Shown here one piece after another: positions 1 through 8,400 of a stretch of 35,133 bases of DNA (its first letter is position 1; the number at the start of each line of letters is the position of its first letter). Source of the DNA: Candidatus Dormiibacterota bacterium (GTDB lineage Bacteria > Chloroflexota > Dormibacteria > Aeolococcales > Aeolococcaceae); contig PLAX01000139.1 of assembly GCA_003135255.1 (NCBI GenBank), positions 1-35,133 of the forward strand. Reading direction: 5' to 3'. Below the pieces are notes generated by a model. That model made no database searches and had not been told where the DNA came from. It saw only the letters and a list, made by a program, of their open reading frames with translations. The translations under genes and the position numbers were made by a program.

Positions 1-797
1 GCCCCGTTCTGGGTGTTGTAGAGGGCTTCTGCGGCCGCCATCTTCATCGGCTGCTGGGCATCCATGAGCCGGGCCTGCAGGTCGCCGGAGATGGCGACCA
101 GCACGACGGTCACCAGCATCAGACCGGCGGCGAGCCGGGTCGCCCGCCGGAAGGCTTCGCGCTGCGCCTGGTCGCGGGCGCCGCGATGGCCCCGCCAGAT
201 GCTGATACCGAGCACCAGCGCGGCGCCCGTGGCCAGCGCCCCCAACACCGTGTGCGCGAAGGATGCCCAGAGGGTGGAGTTGCCGAGCAGAGCCCAGAAG
301 TTGGTGAGCACCGCCTGGCCGTTCTCCACCTTGTAGCCGACCGGGTGCTGCATCCACGCGTTGGCGGCGAGTATCCAGTACGCCGAGATGATGGTGCCTG
401 CGCTGGTGAGCCAGATGGTGGCGAGGTGCAGGCCCGGAGACAGCCGGTTGCGGCCGAAGATCCACAGACCGACGAAGGTCGATTCCAGGAAGAAGGCGAA
501 CAGACCCTCGATGGCCAGGGGGGCACCGAAGATGTTGCCCACGAAGATCGAGTACGCGGACCAGTTGAGGCCGAACTCGAACTCCAGCACGATCCCGGTG
601 ACGATGCCGACGGCCATGCTGATCAGGAAGATCCGGCCGAAGAAGCGGCTGAGCCGGTCCCAGGTGACGTCCTTGCTCCGGTACGCCTGCGTCTGCATCA
701 CCGCCACCAGCAAGCCCAACCCGATCGTCATGGGCACGAAGAAGAAGTGGAAGACGGTGACAATCGCGAACTGCCAGCGAGCGAGATCTAACGCCAT
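1..797 (-). CDS. cydA: cytochrome bd ubiquinol oxidase subunit I, N-terminal ~265 codons (gene continues beyond window start)
   Basis: Absent from the ORF track because it is open at the window edge. My minus-strand translation from ATG (complement of 795-797) reads MALDLARWQFAIVTVFHFFFVPMTIGLGLLVAVMQTQAYRSKDVTWDRLSRFFGRIFLISMAVGIVTGIVLEFEFGLNWSAYSIFVGNIFGAPLAIEGLFAFFLESTFVGLWIFG... This is the canonical CydA N-terminus. The frame stays open to position 3. Confidence 0.9.
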   Translation of the reverse strand, partial: MALDLARWQFAIVTVFHFFFVPMTIGLGLLVAVMQTQAYRSKDVTWDRLSRFFGRIFLISMAVGIVTGIVLEFEFGLNWSAYSIFVGNIFGAPLAIEGLFAFFLESTFVGLWIFGRNRLSPGLHLATIWLTSAGTIISAYWILAANAWMQHPVGYKVENGQAVLTNFWALLGNSTLWASFAHTVLGALATGAALVLGISIWRGHRGARDQAQREAFRRATRLAAGLMLVTVVLVAISGDLQARLMDAQQPMKMAAAEALYNTQNG

Positions 798-984
798 GGC
801 GCACTCTCCACGGTCAACACGTTCCGATCAACCCGAGGCATCCACCGCCAGTCCGGCTGGGTTGGCTCGTCATCGAGGCCGACAGGGTGTGACGTTTGGG
901 CGGCCCTGCAAACACCTCAGCGAGACCTCACATGTCCGGTGGTCTGCGATCGCGCCAAGTGTGCACCGGCAGGAGAACCAATAC

Positions 985-1002
985 TTGATGCGTTCTCATC
1001 AA
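985..1002. promoter_or_regulatory. perfect palindrome TTGATG-N6-CATCAA in the cydA upstream region (candidate operator)
   Basis: Read directly: ttgatg cgttct catcaa at 985-1002. It lies in a locally AT-richer patch about 190 nt upstream of the cydA ATG. The half-sites resemble CRP/FNR-family TTGAT/ATCAA, but the spacing differs from the classical N4. Confidence 0.25.
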
Positions 1003-1107
1003 AGTTTCGAGTTCGCTGGCCGGTGATCCCTGACCCGACGGCCACACCTCAAGGGCTGGACGCCCCCAGGAGCGCGGGAAGCCGGGTGAGCGGGTGGCTG
1101 TCGGCCT

Positions 1108-1755
1108 TCAGAGAAGGTGGTGCTGCACGGCGAGCGCGATCGCCTCCACCCGGTGGTGAGCGCCGAGCTTGGTCTCCAGCCGACTGATGTGGTTGCGCGC
1201 GGTGACGGGAGCGATCGATAGTTGGGCCGCGATCTGGGCCGTCCCCAGCCCGCGTGCCAGCAGCCGGAGCACCTCGAACTCCCGCCGGCTCAGTCGAGTG
1301 GGGATCGGTGCCGGTGCATCAGCAGCGGCTTGCGCCGTTGCAGATCGAGTGGCGGCCGGCCTGAACGGCTCGGGGTGGAAGAGGTGCATCATCAACGGTT
1401 GCTCGTTGCCGTCATCTTTGAGCAGCACGATGCTGTTCACGGCATCGACGGGCTCCCCGCCGCTGTCGCGCGCGATCACCCGGAAGCTCTTGGTCACGCG
1501 GCCCCGCTGCGCGTTCACCACGACCTGACAGAACCGCCGGCAGATCGGGTGTCCGTTGGGCTTGGCTCCCGCCATGACCTCGTAACAGGGTCGGCCCACC
1601 ACGTCCTCAGCGCGGTGCCCGAGCAGCTGTTCGGCCGACGCCGACCAGTGGACGATGCGCTGGTCACCGTCCGCCACGAACAGGCCCTCGGCGCTGCGCA
1701 TGCTGCGCACCGCGTGAAGGCGCTCGGACCCATTGTCGGCGGTTTGGCGCGTCAT
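1108..1755 (-). CDS. PAS-domain LuxR/GerE-family transcriptional regulator
   Basis: ORF 1108..1944. I prefer the internal ATG at 1755 (MTRQTADNG...) because the 63 upstream codons are Arg/Pro-rich low complexity. PAS-like N-terminus: LFVADGDQRIVHWSASAEQLLGHRAEDVVGRPCYEVMAG... C-terminal LuxR HTH: LSRREFEVLRLLARGLGTAQIAAQLSIAPVTARNHISRLETKLGA. Confidence 0.8.
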   Translation of the reverse strand: MTRQTADNGSERLHAVRSMRSAEGLFVADGDQRIVHWSASAEQLLGHRAEDVVGRPCYEVMAGAKPNGHPICRRFCQVVVNAQRGRVTKSFRVIARDSGGEPVDAVNSIVLLKDDGNEQPLMMHLFHPEPFRPAATRSATAQAAADAPAPIPTRLSRREFEVLRLLARGLGTAQIAAQLSIAPVTARNHISRLETKLGAHHRVEAIALAVQHHLL

Positions 1756-2015
1756 CACCCCGGATGAGGTTAGCCGCGACCTGTCCGGCCGGATAGGGTC
1801 CTTTAGCCCAGCATCCAGGGACCGTTCGGCCGCCGGACGCCTGCCGGGCCACCCCTCACGGTGGCGACCTCGACGCGCTGGTCGCACCCGTCGGCCAGCT
1901 CTCCTGCCCCTCCTGCTCCACCCGATCTGGGCCAACCGGGACACTCACGCGGTTGACAGGTTCCGCAAGAGGATCAGAGTCCGATAGGTGTACGGCTTCA
2001 CCGAAGGAGGCACAC

Positions 2016-2210
2016 ATGGCACCCAGGCGCGACATCTATGTTGCCGAGGACGACGTGGCCCTTTGGGACGAGGCGGAGAACCTCGCCGGCGACGAAGGCT
2101 TGGCCGGCTTCCTCGCCGAGGCACTCCGAAGCTACATCCGGGAACATGGGGAGGTGGCTACCCCTCCAGGTGTGGCTGAACCCAACGTCTTCCCCGACAA
2201 GCTCGACTGA
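2016..2210 (+). CDS. small hypothetical protein, possibly ribbon-helix-helix/antitoxin-like (64 aa)
   Basis: Within ORF 1953..2210. ATG 2016 is preceded by GAAGGAGG (2004-2010). Sequence: MAPRRDIYVAEDDVALWDEAENLAGDEGLAGFLAEALRSYIREHG... GC3-rich codons. The fold assignment is only a resemblance to CopG/RHH-type small proteins. Confidence 0.5.
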   Translation: MAPRRDIYVAEDDVALWDEAENLAGDEGLAGFLAEALRSYIREHGEVATPPGVAEPNVFPDKLD

Positions 2211-2219
2211 GCGAGGTCA

Positions 2220-2714
2220 GTGCAGGTAGGAGTCACGGCGGTTGTTCCCGGGGACGTTGTTGACGCGGGCGATGGGTGGGAGGCCGCTCAGGTGTTAGCG
2301 GCGGCACTGGATGGTCATGGAACGGCGCCGCAGGCCTTGCCCCAGATCGTGGCGGCGAGCCGCGAGGTCGTCGGCGAGAATCCCTTCACCGTGATCTTCG
2401 ACCGCGGCGGCTACGACAGCAAGCTCTTCACCTGGCTGAACGAGGTGGGGATCGACTTCATCACCTACCAGCGAGGCGGGGCGAACCCGGCAGCGGAGGG
2501 GTTTCGGCGCCGGGAGGCCCGTTTCGAGGGCCTTCGGGTACGGATGCAGACCTCAATCGGCTCCCGCCCACCCACCCGGGGACCGCGTTACCGGTCACCC
2601 ACCAGCTCGCCGTGCCCACCACTCCGGAACGCCAGCGCGAGCGTCGATGTCCAGACCCCTGGACCTGGAGGGCTCGGCAAGTATGCGAAACTGTGTATGT
2701 CTAACCGCGGCTGA
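2220..2714 (+). pseudogene. fragment of a transposase gene (family not resolved)
   Basis: ORF 2220..2714. Only about 2310-2545 looks protein-like: ...PQALPQIVAASREVVGENPFTVIFDRGGYDSKLFTWLNEVGIDFITYQRGG... This resembles the DRGG(W/Y)..LF......G..F(I/L)TY(R/Q)KG core I associate with actinobacterial transposases. The rest is Pro/Ser/Arg junk, so the gene is truncated or decayed. Confidence 0.45.
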
Positions 2715-2729
2715 CCGAAGGGCACCCAC

Positions 2730-3875
2730 TTGAAAACGCCGGGCGGTATTCTGCGCGGCCAGTCCAGCGCGGCCGACCCTCGCCAGGCTGCGCGCGAATT
2801 TCACGCCGCCGTCGACCAACCCGGTCCGGCCCTGGTCATCTTCTTCTGCTCGCGTGACTACGACCTCCACGTGCTCACGGCAGAACTGGTGAGTCTCTTT
2901 GGGACAGTCCCACTCGTGGGATGCACGACTGCCGGTGAGATCGGGCCCCTCGGCTATCGCGATTGCGGTGTCACCGGCGCAAGTTTTGGCCCCACCATGT
3001 TCGCCGCCGCGATCGGCCTGCTCCGCAACCTCAATGACTTCACCATCGAATCAGCCCACTCGCTCGAGCAAGTTCTGCTCCAGGAGCTGGAGAGCCTCAA
3101 ACCCGGCTGTGACGCCAGCAACACCTTCGCGCTTCTCCTGATCGACGGCCTGTCGATGCACGAGGAACTGGTTGCCGCCGCGCTGCAGGGTGTACTTGGA
3201 GAGATCCCTCTGGTCGGTGGATCGGCGGGGGACGGCCTGCAGTTCGCACACACCCACGTCTACGCAAACGGCGCGTTCCACGAGAACAGCGCGGTCCTGG
3301 TGCTGGTCTCCACACCGTTGGCGTTCACACCATTCCAGACTCAGCACTTCACACCCGTCGGCAGGCGCGTGGTGGTGACAGCGGCCGATGCCGAGCGGCG
3401 CATCGTCCAGGAACTCGACGGCTCGCCCGCCGCCGCATACTACGCCGAGCTCATCGGTTCCACCGAGAGCAGCCTGAGCCCTGAAGACTTTGCGGACCAC
3501 CCGGTCGTCGTTGTCATCGACTCCAACAGTTACGTCCGATCCATCCAGAAGGCCAATCCCGACGGCACCCTGACCTTCTACTGCGCCATCGACGAGGGCC
3601 TCGTGCTGCGCACCGCCTACGAAGAAGACCTGGTCGCGAACCTCGAGCAGGCCTTCGCCGCGATTCGCGGCCTCATCGGACCCCCTCAGCTGGTGATCGC
3701 GTTCGACTGCATCCTTCGCAAACTCGCAATCCAACGCGGTGGGTACCACGACACGGTCGAATCGCTTCTTCATGAGAACAGGGTGGTTGGGTTCAACAGC
3801 TACGGCGAACAGTACCGCGGCGTGCATGTCAATCAGACGCTCACCGGTATCGCCATCGGAGAGTTGACGCCGTGA
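2730..3875 (+). CDS. FIST N+C domain sensor protein (NosP-like)
   Basis: ORF 2730..3875 (TTG start), 381 aa. It has the typical FIST architecture and motifs: VIFFCSRDYD..., PLVGCTTAGEIGP, IPLVGGSAGDG, AVLVLVSTP, FDCILRKL..., GFNSYGEQY. Its stop overlaps the start of the next gene (GTGA at 3872-3875). Confidence 0.8.
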   Translation: MKTPGGILRGQSSAADPRQAAREFHAAVDQPGPALVIFFCSRDYDLHVLTAELVSLFGTVPLVGCTTAGEIGPLGYRDCGVTGASFGPTMFAAAIGLLRNLNDFTIESAHSLEQVLLQELESLKPGCDASNTFALLLIDGLSMHEELVAAALQGVLGEIPLVGGSAGDGLQFAHTHVYANGAFHENSAVLVLVSTPLAFTPFQTQHFTPVGRRVVVTAADAERRIVQELDGSPAAAYYAELIGSTESSLSPEDFADHPVVVVIDSNSYVRSIQKANPDGTLTFYCAIDEGLVLRTAYEEDLVANLEQAFAAIRGLIGPPQLVIAFDCILRKLAIQRGGYHDTVESLLHENRVVGFNSYGEQYRGVHVNQTLTGIAIGELTP

Positions 3876-5005
3876 GCCGGGCTTCTCCAACGCCACGAGA
3901 ACTGGAGCTCGCCGCCGAACTGGCTCGTCTCGAAAAGATCAATACAGTGTTGATGGATCGTGCTGAACGAAGCACGAGCGTTCAGGGTTCCTCGTTCAGC
4001 CTGTTCCAGACCACCGTCATGCTGGAACAACACATTCGCCGCCGCACCGCAGAGCTCGAGGAGGCGCTGCACAAGAATGAACAGACCAATCGTGCCCTGC
4101 GAGCGGCTGAGGCCAGATTCCACGGAATTGTGAACCAGTCTCTGGTCGGCATCGCGCTCATCACCGACGGCCGGATCAGCTACGCGAACCCGAAGATGGA
4201 GGACATCTTCGGCCTCGGCGCAGGTGAAGCCGTTGGACTCGATCCGATGGACCTGGCCGCCGAGAGCGACCGAGCCCTGGTGGCCAAGAACGTCCGCGCC
4301 AGGATGGCTGGCGAGGCGGACGAGAGCGCGTACACGTTTCGCGGATTCCGCAAAGACGGCGTGCCCCTGGATGTTGAAGTCTACGGTAATGCCCTGCAAG
4401 TGGACGACCAGCGCATCATGGTCTCGATATTCCTGGACATCACCGAGCGCACGCGCATCGCGAGAGAGAACGAGGCACTGCAGGTCACGCTGCGAGAGCA
4501 ATCGACACACGACGCCCTGACTGGCCTCTATAACCGTCGCTACTTGGAAGAGGCTCTGGGACGCGAGCTCGTCGTGGCCAAGCGCAGCGGCCACCCCGTG
4601 AGCGTCGTCATGGCAGACCTCGACTTCTTCAAGGCCGTCAACGACAGCTTCGGGCACCTCGCCGGCGACGAGGTGCTAAAGACGTTCGGTGAGTTGATGC
4701 GCCGCTCGTCGCGCGCAAGTGACTTCTGCTTTCGCTGGGGCGGCGAGGAGTTTCTCCTCCTCCTGCCCCATATGTCAGCGAACGATGCCGCCAACCGGGC
4801 CGAACAACTGCGCGGGGCGTTTGCCACCTCCGGCGTTGTGTGTGACGGGGTCAAGATTGCTATCACGGCGTCCTTTGGCGTTGCCTCATTTCCGCCCGAC
4901 GGCACGACCATCGACCATCTCGTGAACGCCGCTGACGGTCGGTTGTACGTGGCCAAGACGTCGGGGCGCAACCGCGTCATTTCGACGTCCGAGCAACTGA
5001 CTTGA
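3872..5005 (+). CDS. diguanylate cyclase with coiled-coil, PAS and GGDEF domains
   Basis: ORF 3872..5005 (GTG start). The N-terminal heptad-like segment is followed by a PAS domain (FHGIVNQSLVGIALITDGRISYANPKMEDIFG). GGDEF domain: LTGLYNRRYLEE...DLDFFKAVNDSFGHLAGDEVL...RWGGEEFLLLL...SFGVA...ADGRLYVAKTSGRNRV. Confidence 0.9.
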   Translation: MSRASPTPRELELAAELARLEKINTVLMDRAERSTSVQGSSFSLFQTTVMLEQHIRRRTAELEEALHKNEQTNRALRAAEARFHGIVNQSLVGIALITDGRISYANPKMEDIFGLGAGEAVGLDPMDLAAESDRALVAKNVRARMAGEADESAYTFRGFRKDGVPLDVEVYGNALQVDDQRIMVSIFLDITERTRIARENEALQVTLREQSTHDALTGLYNRRYLEEALGRELVVAKRSGHPVSVVMADLDFFKAVNDSFGHLAGDEVLKTFGELMRRSSRASDFCFRWGGEEFLLLLPHMSANDAANRAEQLRGAFATSGVVCDGVKIAITASFGVASFPPDGTTIDHLVNAADGRLYVAKTSGRNRVISTSEQLT

Positions 5006-5125
5006 ACCGCCCTGGGTTCAATGCAGACCCTGGCGTGTGCGGAGCTCGCTGAGGTCCGATCCTTGGGCTCGTGTCGGGCAGCCCTGAGAAGGGCCGGTCA
5101 CGATTCGGTCACGGGCTCTCACGGG

Positions 5126-5159
5126 GCATCACAATCCCGGCCATGGCATCTCAATCCCG
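5126..5159. repeat. 14-nt direct repeat GCATC(A/T)CAATCCCG x2 with 20-bp period, upstream of the second cyclase gene
   Basis: Read directly: gcatcacaatcccg (5126-5139) and gcatctcaatcccg (5146-5159), 13/14 identical. A GGTCACG x2 direct repeat lies just upstream (about 5097-5113). Confidence 0.6.
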
Positions 5160-5271
5160 TCACACGGCCTCCGTCTCGTGTGTCGCCGCCGTCACGGGCC
5201 CTGCGAGATGATCCACAGGAAGCACCCGGGCGAGTGCGCCCCGTCCCGGCTTAGTATCGGAGCGACAAACT

Positions 5272-6177
5272 ATGGCTGAGGAGAAAGACTTCTACAGGAA
5301 TCTGATCGATAACCTGTACGACGGGATCTACTTTGTCGATCGCGAACGAATGATCACCTACTGGAACAAGGGGGCCGAACGGATCACCGGCTACTCAGCC
5401 ACGCAGGCGATCGGCCATGCCTGCCGCGACAACCTGCTCAATCACGTCACTGCCAACGGCGTTCCACTCTGTCTTGAACACTGTCCGCTTGCACGCGTCA
5501 TGGAAGACGGCAAGCCACGCGAGGCCCACGTCTTTCTGCACCATGCTGACGGGCACCGCGTGCCCGTCCTCGTGCGCGGCTCGGTCCTCCGAGACGAGGA
5601 CGGCACGATCGTTGGCGCGGTGGAAACGTTCAGCAACAACACCACGCTGATGAACGTCCAGCATGACGCGGCCGAGTTGCGTCGCACCACGCTGCGGGAT
5701 GCGCTCACGGGCATCGGCAACCGCTTGCACCTGGATGGGCGTCTGCGCGCTGTGATTGCGGAGTGCAGCCAGAACGATGCCTCGGCGGGTCTGTTGTTCA
5801 TGGACATTGACAATTTCAAACGCTGCAACGATACTTTTGGACATGAGGCCGGCGACAGAGCCTTGCGCATGGTCGGCAGCACACTGCGTTGCACCCTGCG
5901 CGCCACGGATACCGTTGGCCGCTGGGGCGGCGAGGAATTCATCGCCATCGTGGGCAACGTCCGAGACGAACCAACCCTGCTCAAGATTGCCGAACACCTG
6001 CGCATCATGGTTGAGTGTTCGCACCTCGACGTGGGAGCTGAGAGCCTGGCCATCACGATCTCGATTGGCGCTACCCTCTTGCGTGCCGGCGATACGGCCG
6101 AGTCCTTTGTTGGCCGGGCCGACCAGTTGATGTATCAGAGCAAGGAGGCAGGCCGCAATCGGGTCACCGTTGGATGA
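5272..6177 (+). CDS. PAS-GGDEF diguanylate cyclase
   Basis: ORF 5272..6177. PAS domain: FYRNLIDNLYDGIYFVDRERMITYWNKGAERITGYSATQAIGHACRDN... GGDEF domain: LTGIGNRLHLD...DIDNFKRCNDTFGHEAGDRAL...RWGGEEFIAIV...SIGAT...ADQLMYQSKEAGRNRV. Confidence 0.9.
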   Translation: MAEEKDFYRNLIDNLYDGIYFVDRERMITYWNKGAERITGYSATQAIGHACRDNLLNHVTANGVPLCLEHCPLARVMEDGKPREAHVFLHHADGHRVPVLVRGSVLRDEDGTIVGAVETFSNNTTLMNVQHDAAELRRTTLRDALTGIGNRLHLDGRLRAVIAECSQNDASAGLLFMDIDNFKRCNDTFGHEAGDRALRMVGSTLRCTLRATDTVGRWGGEEFIAIVGNVRDEPTLLKIAEHLRIMVECSHLDVGAESLAITISIGATLLRAGDTAESFVGRADQLMYQSKEAGRNRVTVG

Positions 6178-6199
6178 CGGGCGAACGGACAGGCCCGTC
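6176..6199 (+). terminator. GC-rich hairpin immediately after the cyclase stop codon (possible factor-independent terminator without U-tract)
   Basis: GACGGGC (6176-6182) pairs with GCCCGTC (6193-6199) across a 10-nt loop. No T-run follows, so this is weak. Confidence 0.25.
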
Positions 6200-6400
6200 T
6201 GAGGACCGACGTTGCTGTCGCCCTACTGAGGCATGACCACGGGGCGCCCTGACGGTGGGACTCGTGGGCAGAGGGGTGAACCACCCCGAGCATCCTGGAG
6301 GCTGACTCCATGAAACTCGGGGCGGTTCAAGCGGTTGGTTCGTGCAAGTTCGTGAGGTTCACCACCGCGCACCGGCTTACCGAGCCAGCGACACGCTTCG

Positions 6401-6781
6401 TCATGGATCGTCCAATGCGGCGCGCTCCTCGGCACTGAACACACGAGACCGGGTAACAAAGTGCTTGTCGCCACCCGCTGGAAGGGAGAACCCTTCCGGG
6501 GCCCCGTCGCCAACATCGAGAATGAGCTGAGTGTGCCTCCACACCTGATACTGCCGCCCGTCGATGTAGAAGGGGCACCGACCCACCGTACCGAGCAGGA
6601 CATCATGCCCACCGATGATGAACTCCCCGTTGTCGAAGCAGATGGGGAGACTGCCGTCACAGCACCCTCCCGACTGAAAGAACATGACGGACCCTCGTTC
6701 GGCCACCAGGTGGGATATGGCCTCGAGGGCTGCCGGTGTGGCGGTCACCCGCCACACCGGCTCGGCCGCGGTTCGCTTCAC
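6401..6781 (-). CDS. DUF779 family protein (partner of acetaldehyde/aldehyde dehydrogenases)
   Basis: The track ORF 6401..7018 is over-extended into the upstream gene. I prefer GTG at 6781, 17 nt after the ALDH stop. Sequence: ...WRVTATPAALEAISHLVAERGSVMFFQSGGCCDGSLPICFDNGEFIIGGHDVLLGTVGRCPFYIDGRQYQVWRHTQLILDVGDGAPEGFSLPAGGDKHFVTRSRVF. This is the DUF779 signature (QSGGCCDGS...C). Confidence 0.8.
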   Translation of the reverse strand: MKRTAAEPVWRVTATPAALEAISHLVAERGSVMFFQSGGCCDGSLPICFDNGEFIIGGHDVLLGTVGRCPFYIDGRQYQVWRHTQLILDVGDGAPEGFSLPAGGDKHFVTRSRVFSAEERAALDDP

Positions 6782-6798
6782 CGGCCTGCCCGTGACGC

Positions 6799-8328
6799 TC
6801 AGAAGAACCCGAGAGGCTTGGTGCTGTAGCTCACCAAGAGGTTCTTGGTCTGGGAGTAGTGCTCCAGCATCATCTGGTGGTTCTCCCGGCCGACACCCGA
6901 GATCTTGTAACCCCCGAAGGCTGCGCCCGCGGGGTAGAGGTGGTAGCAATTGGTCCACACCCTTCCCGCCTTGATGGCCCGGCCCATCCGGTAGGCGAGG
7001 TTGCCGTTGCGAGTCCACACCCCCGCGCCCAAGCCGTAGAGCGTGTCATTGCCGATCTCCACGGCGTCCGCTTCATCCTTGAAGGTCGTGACAGCCAGTA
7101 CTGGACCGAAGATCTCCTCTTGGAAGACCCGCATCTTGTTGTTGCCCTTGAGCACTGTCGGCTGGAAGTAGTATCCACCCGCCAGCTCTCCCTTCAGCTC
7201 AGCGGGTTGCCCGCCAATCAAGCACTCAGCGCCTTCCTGGCGACCGATCTCAACGTAGGAGGCGATCTTCTCCAGCTGCTGAGCAGAGACTTGAGGTCCG
7301 ATCATCGTCGCCCGGTCGAGCGGATTGCCTTGGATGATCTTCTGGATCCGCCCCAGAGCACGCTCCATGAATCGGTCATAGATCGACTCTTGGACAAGCG
7401 CCCGGGAAGGGCAGGTGCAGACCTCGCCCTTGTTGAACGCGTACAGCACGAGACCCTCAACGGCCTTGTCCAAGAACTCGTCATCCTCAGCCATCACGTC
7501 TTCGAAGAAGATGTTGGGGGACTTGCCACCGAGCTCCACGGTCGAGGGGATGATGTTCTCCGCGGCGTATTGCATGATGAGACGCCCGGTGGTCGTCTCC
7601 CCGGTGAAGCCGATCTTGGCAATGCGTGGGCTTGTCGCCAGGGCCTTTCCGATCTCACCGCCCGGGCCGGTCACGATGTTGATCACACCTGGTGGCACCA
7701 CGTCCGCGATCACCTCGGCCAGCTTCAAGATCGACCATGGCGTTGGGGACGCCGGCTTGAGGACGGTGCAGTTGCCGGCGGCCAGGGCTGGGGCGATCTT
7801 CCACGCAGCCATCAGGAGCGGGAAGTTGAACGGGACGATCTGCCCCACCACACCGAGCGGCTCGTGGAAGTGATAGGCGACAGTGTCCTTGTCAATCTCC
7901 GTCAGGCGACCTTCGAGCGAGCGGGTCGCGCCGGCGAAGTAGCGGAAGTGGTCGACGCACAGCGGGATGTCGGCGGCGAGCGTCTCTCGCACCGGCTTTC
8001 CGTTCTCCCAGGATTCGGCCACTGCCAGCATCTCGAGGTTGGCCTCGATGGCGTCTGCGATGCGGTTGAGAACCGCGGCCCGCTCGGCAAGCGAGGCCTC
8101 GCCCCAGGCCCCCTTGGCGCGGTGGGCGGCGTCGAGTGCCAGCTCCACGTCCTCAGCGGTGGACTTGGCCACCTCGCAGAACGGCTTGCCGTTGACGGGG
8201 CTGACATTCGCCATGTACTGCCCCTTGACCGGGGCAACCCATGCTCCCCCGATGAAGTTCTCGTAGCGAGGCTTGACCTCTACGAGACTGCCTGGGCGGC
8301 CTGGCGCCACGAAGACGTCTGTCGTCAT
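6799..8328 (-). CDS. NAD(P)-dependent aldehyde dehydrogenase (AcoD/ExaC-like, ~509 aa)
   Basis: ORF 6799..8343. I prefer ATG 8328 ([33 protein letters not shown]...) because GGAGGA lies 7 nt upstream. Full-length ALDH motifs are present: [39 protein letters not shown]. Confidence 0.9.
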   Translation of the reverse strand: MTTDVFVAPGRPGSLVEVKPRYENFIGGAWVAPVKGQYMANVSPVNGKPFCEVAKSTAEDVELALDAAHRAKGAWGEASLAERAAVLNRIADAIEANLEMLAVAESWENGKPVRETLAADIPLCVDHFRYFAGATRSLEGRLTEIDKDTVAYHFHEPLGVVGQIVPFNFPLLMAAWKIAPALAAGNCTVLKPASPTPWSILKLAEVIADVVPPGVINIVTGPGGEIGKALATSPRIAKIGFTGETTTGRLIMQYAAENIIPSTVELGGKSPNIFFEDVMAEDDEFLDKAVEGLVLYAFNKGEVCTCPSRALVQESIYDRFMERALGRIQKIIQGNPLDRATMIGPQVSAQQLEKIASYVEIGRQEGAECLIGGQPAELKGELAGGYYFQPTVLKGNNKMRVFQEEIFGPVLAVTTFKDEADAVEIGNDTLYGLGAGVWTRNGNLAYRMGRAIKAGRVWTNCYHLYPAGAAFGGYKISGVGRENHQMMLEHYSQTKNLLVSYSTKPLGFF

Positions 8329-8358
8329 CACTTGGTCCTCCATGTCAACTCTTCACAT

Positions 8359-8400
8359 TCCCTGACACAACGAGTATCTGCGGTACTGCTCCCTGACACA
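8359..8400 (-). promoter_or_regulatory. 11-nt perfect direct repeat (TGTGTCAGGGA on the ALDH-coding strand) x2, 31-bp period, directly upstream of the ALDH gene
   Basis: Plus-strand tccctgacaca occurs at 8359-8369 and 8390-8400, with a partial third copy ccctgac at 8407-8413. The copies bracket a possible -10 (GATACT, complement of 8373-8378). Confidence 0.35.

Noticed and set aside
1756-1944. 63-codon N-terminal extension of the PAS-LuxR ORF
   Set aside because: The extension is RRGRRAGRR-type low complexity. The internal ATG at 1755 yields a normal PAS N-terminus. The true start nonetheless remains unverified.
6311-6439. 42-codon plus-strand ORF (MKLGAVQAVGSCKFVRF...) with GGAGG 8 nt upstream
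   Set aside because: By my count its GC3 is only about two-thirds, well below real genes here. It overlaps the 3' end of the convergent DUF779 gene and has no recognisable features. The GGAGG may be fortuitous. It would need ribosome profiling to revive.
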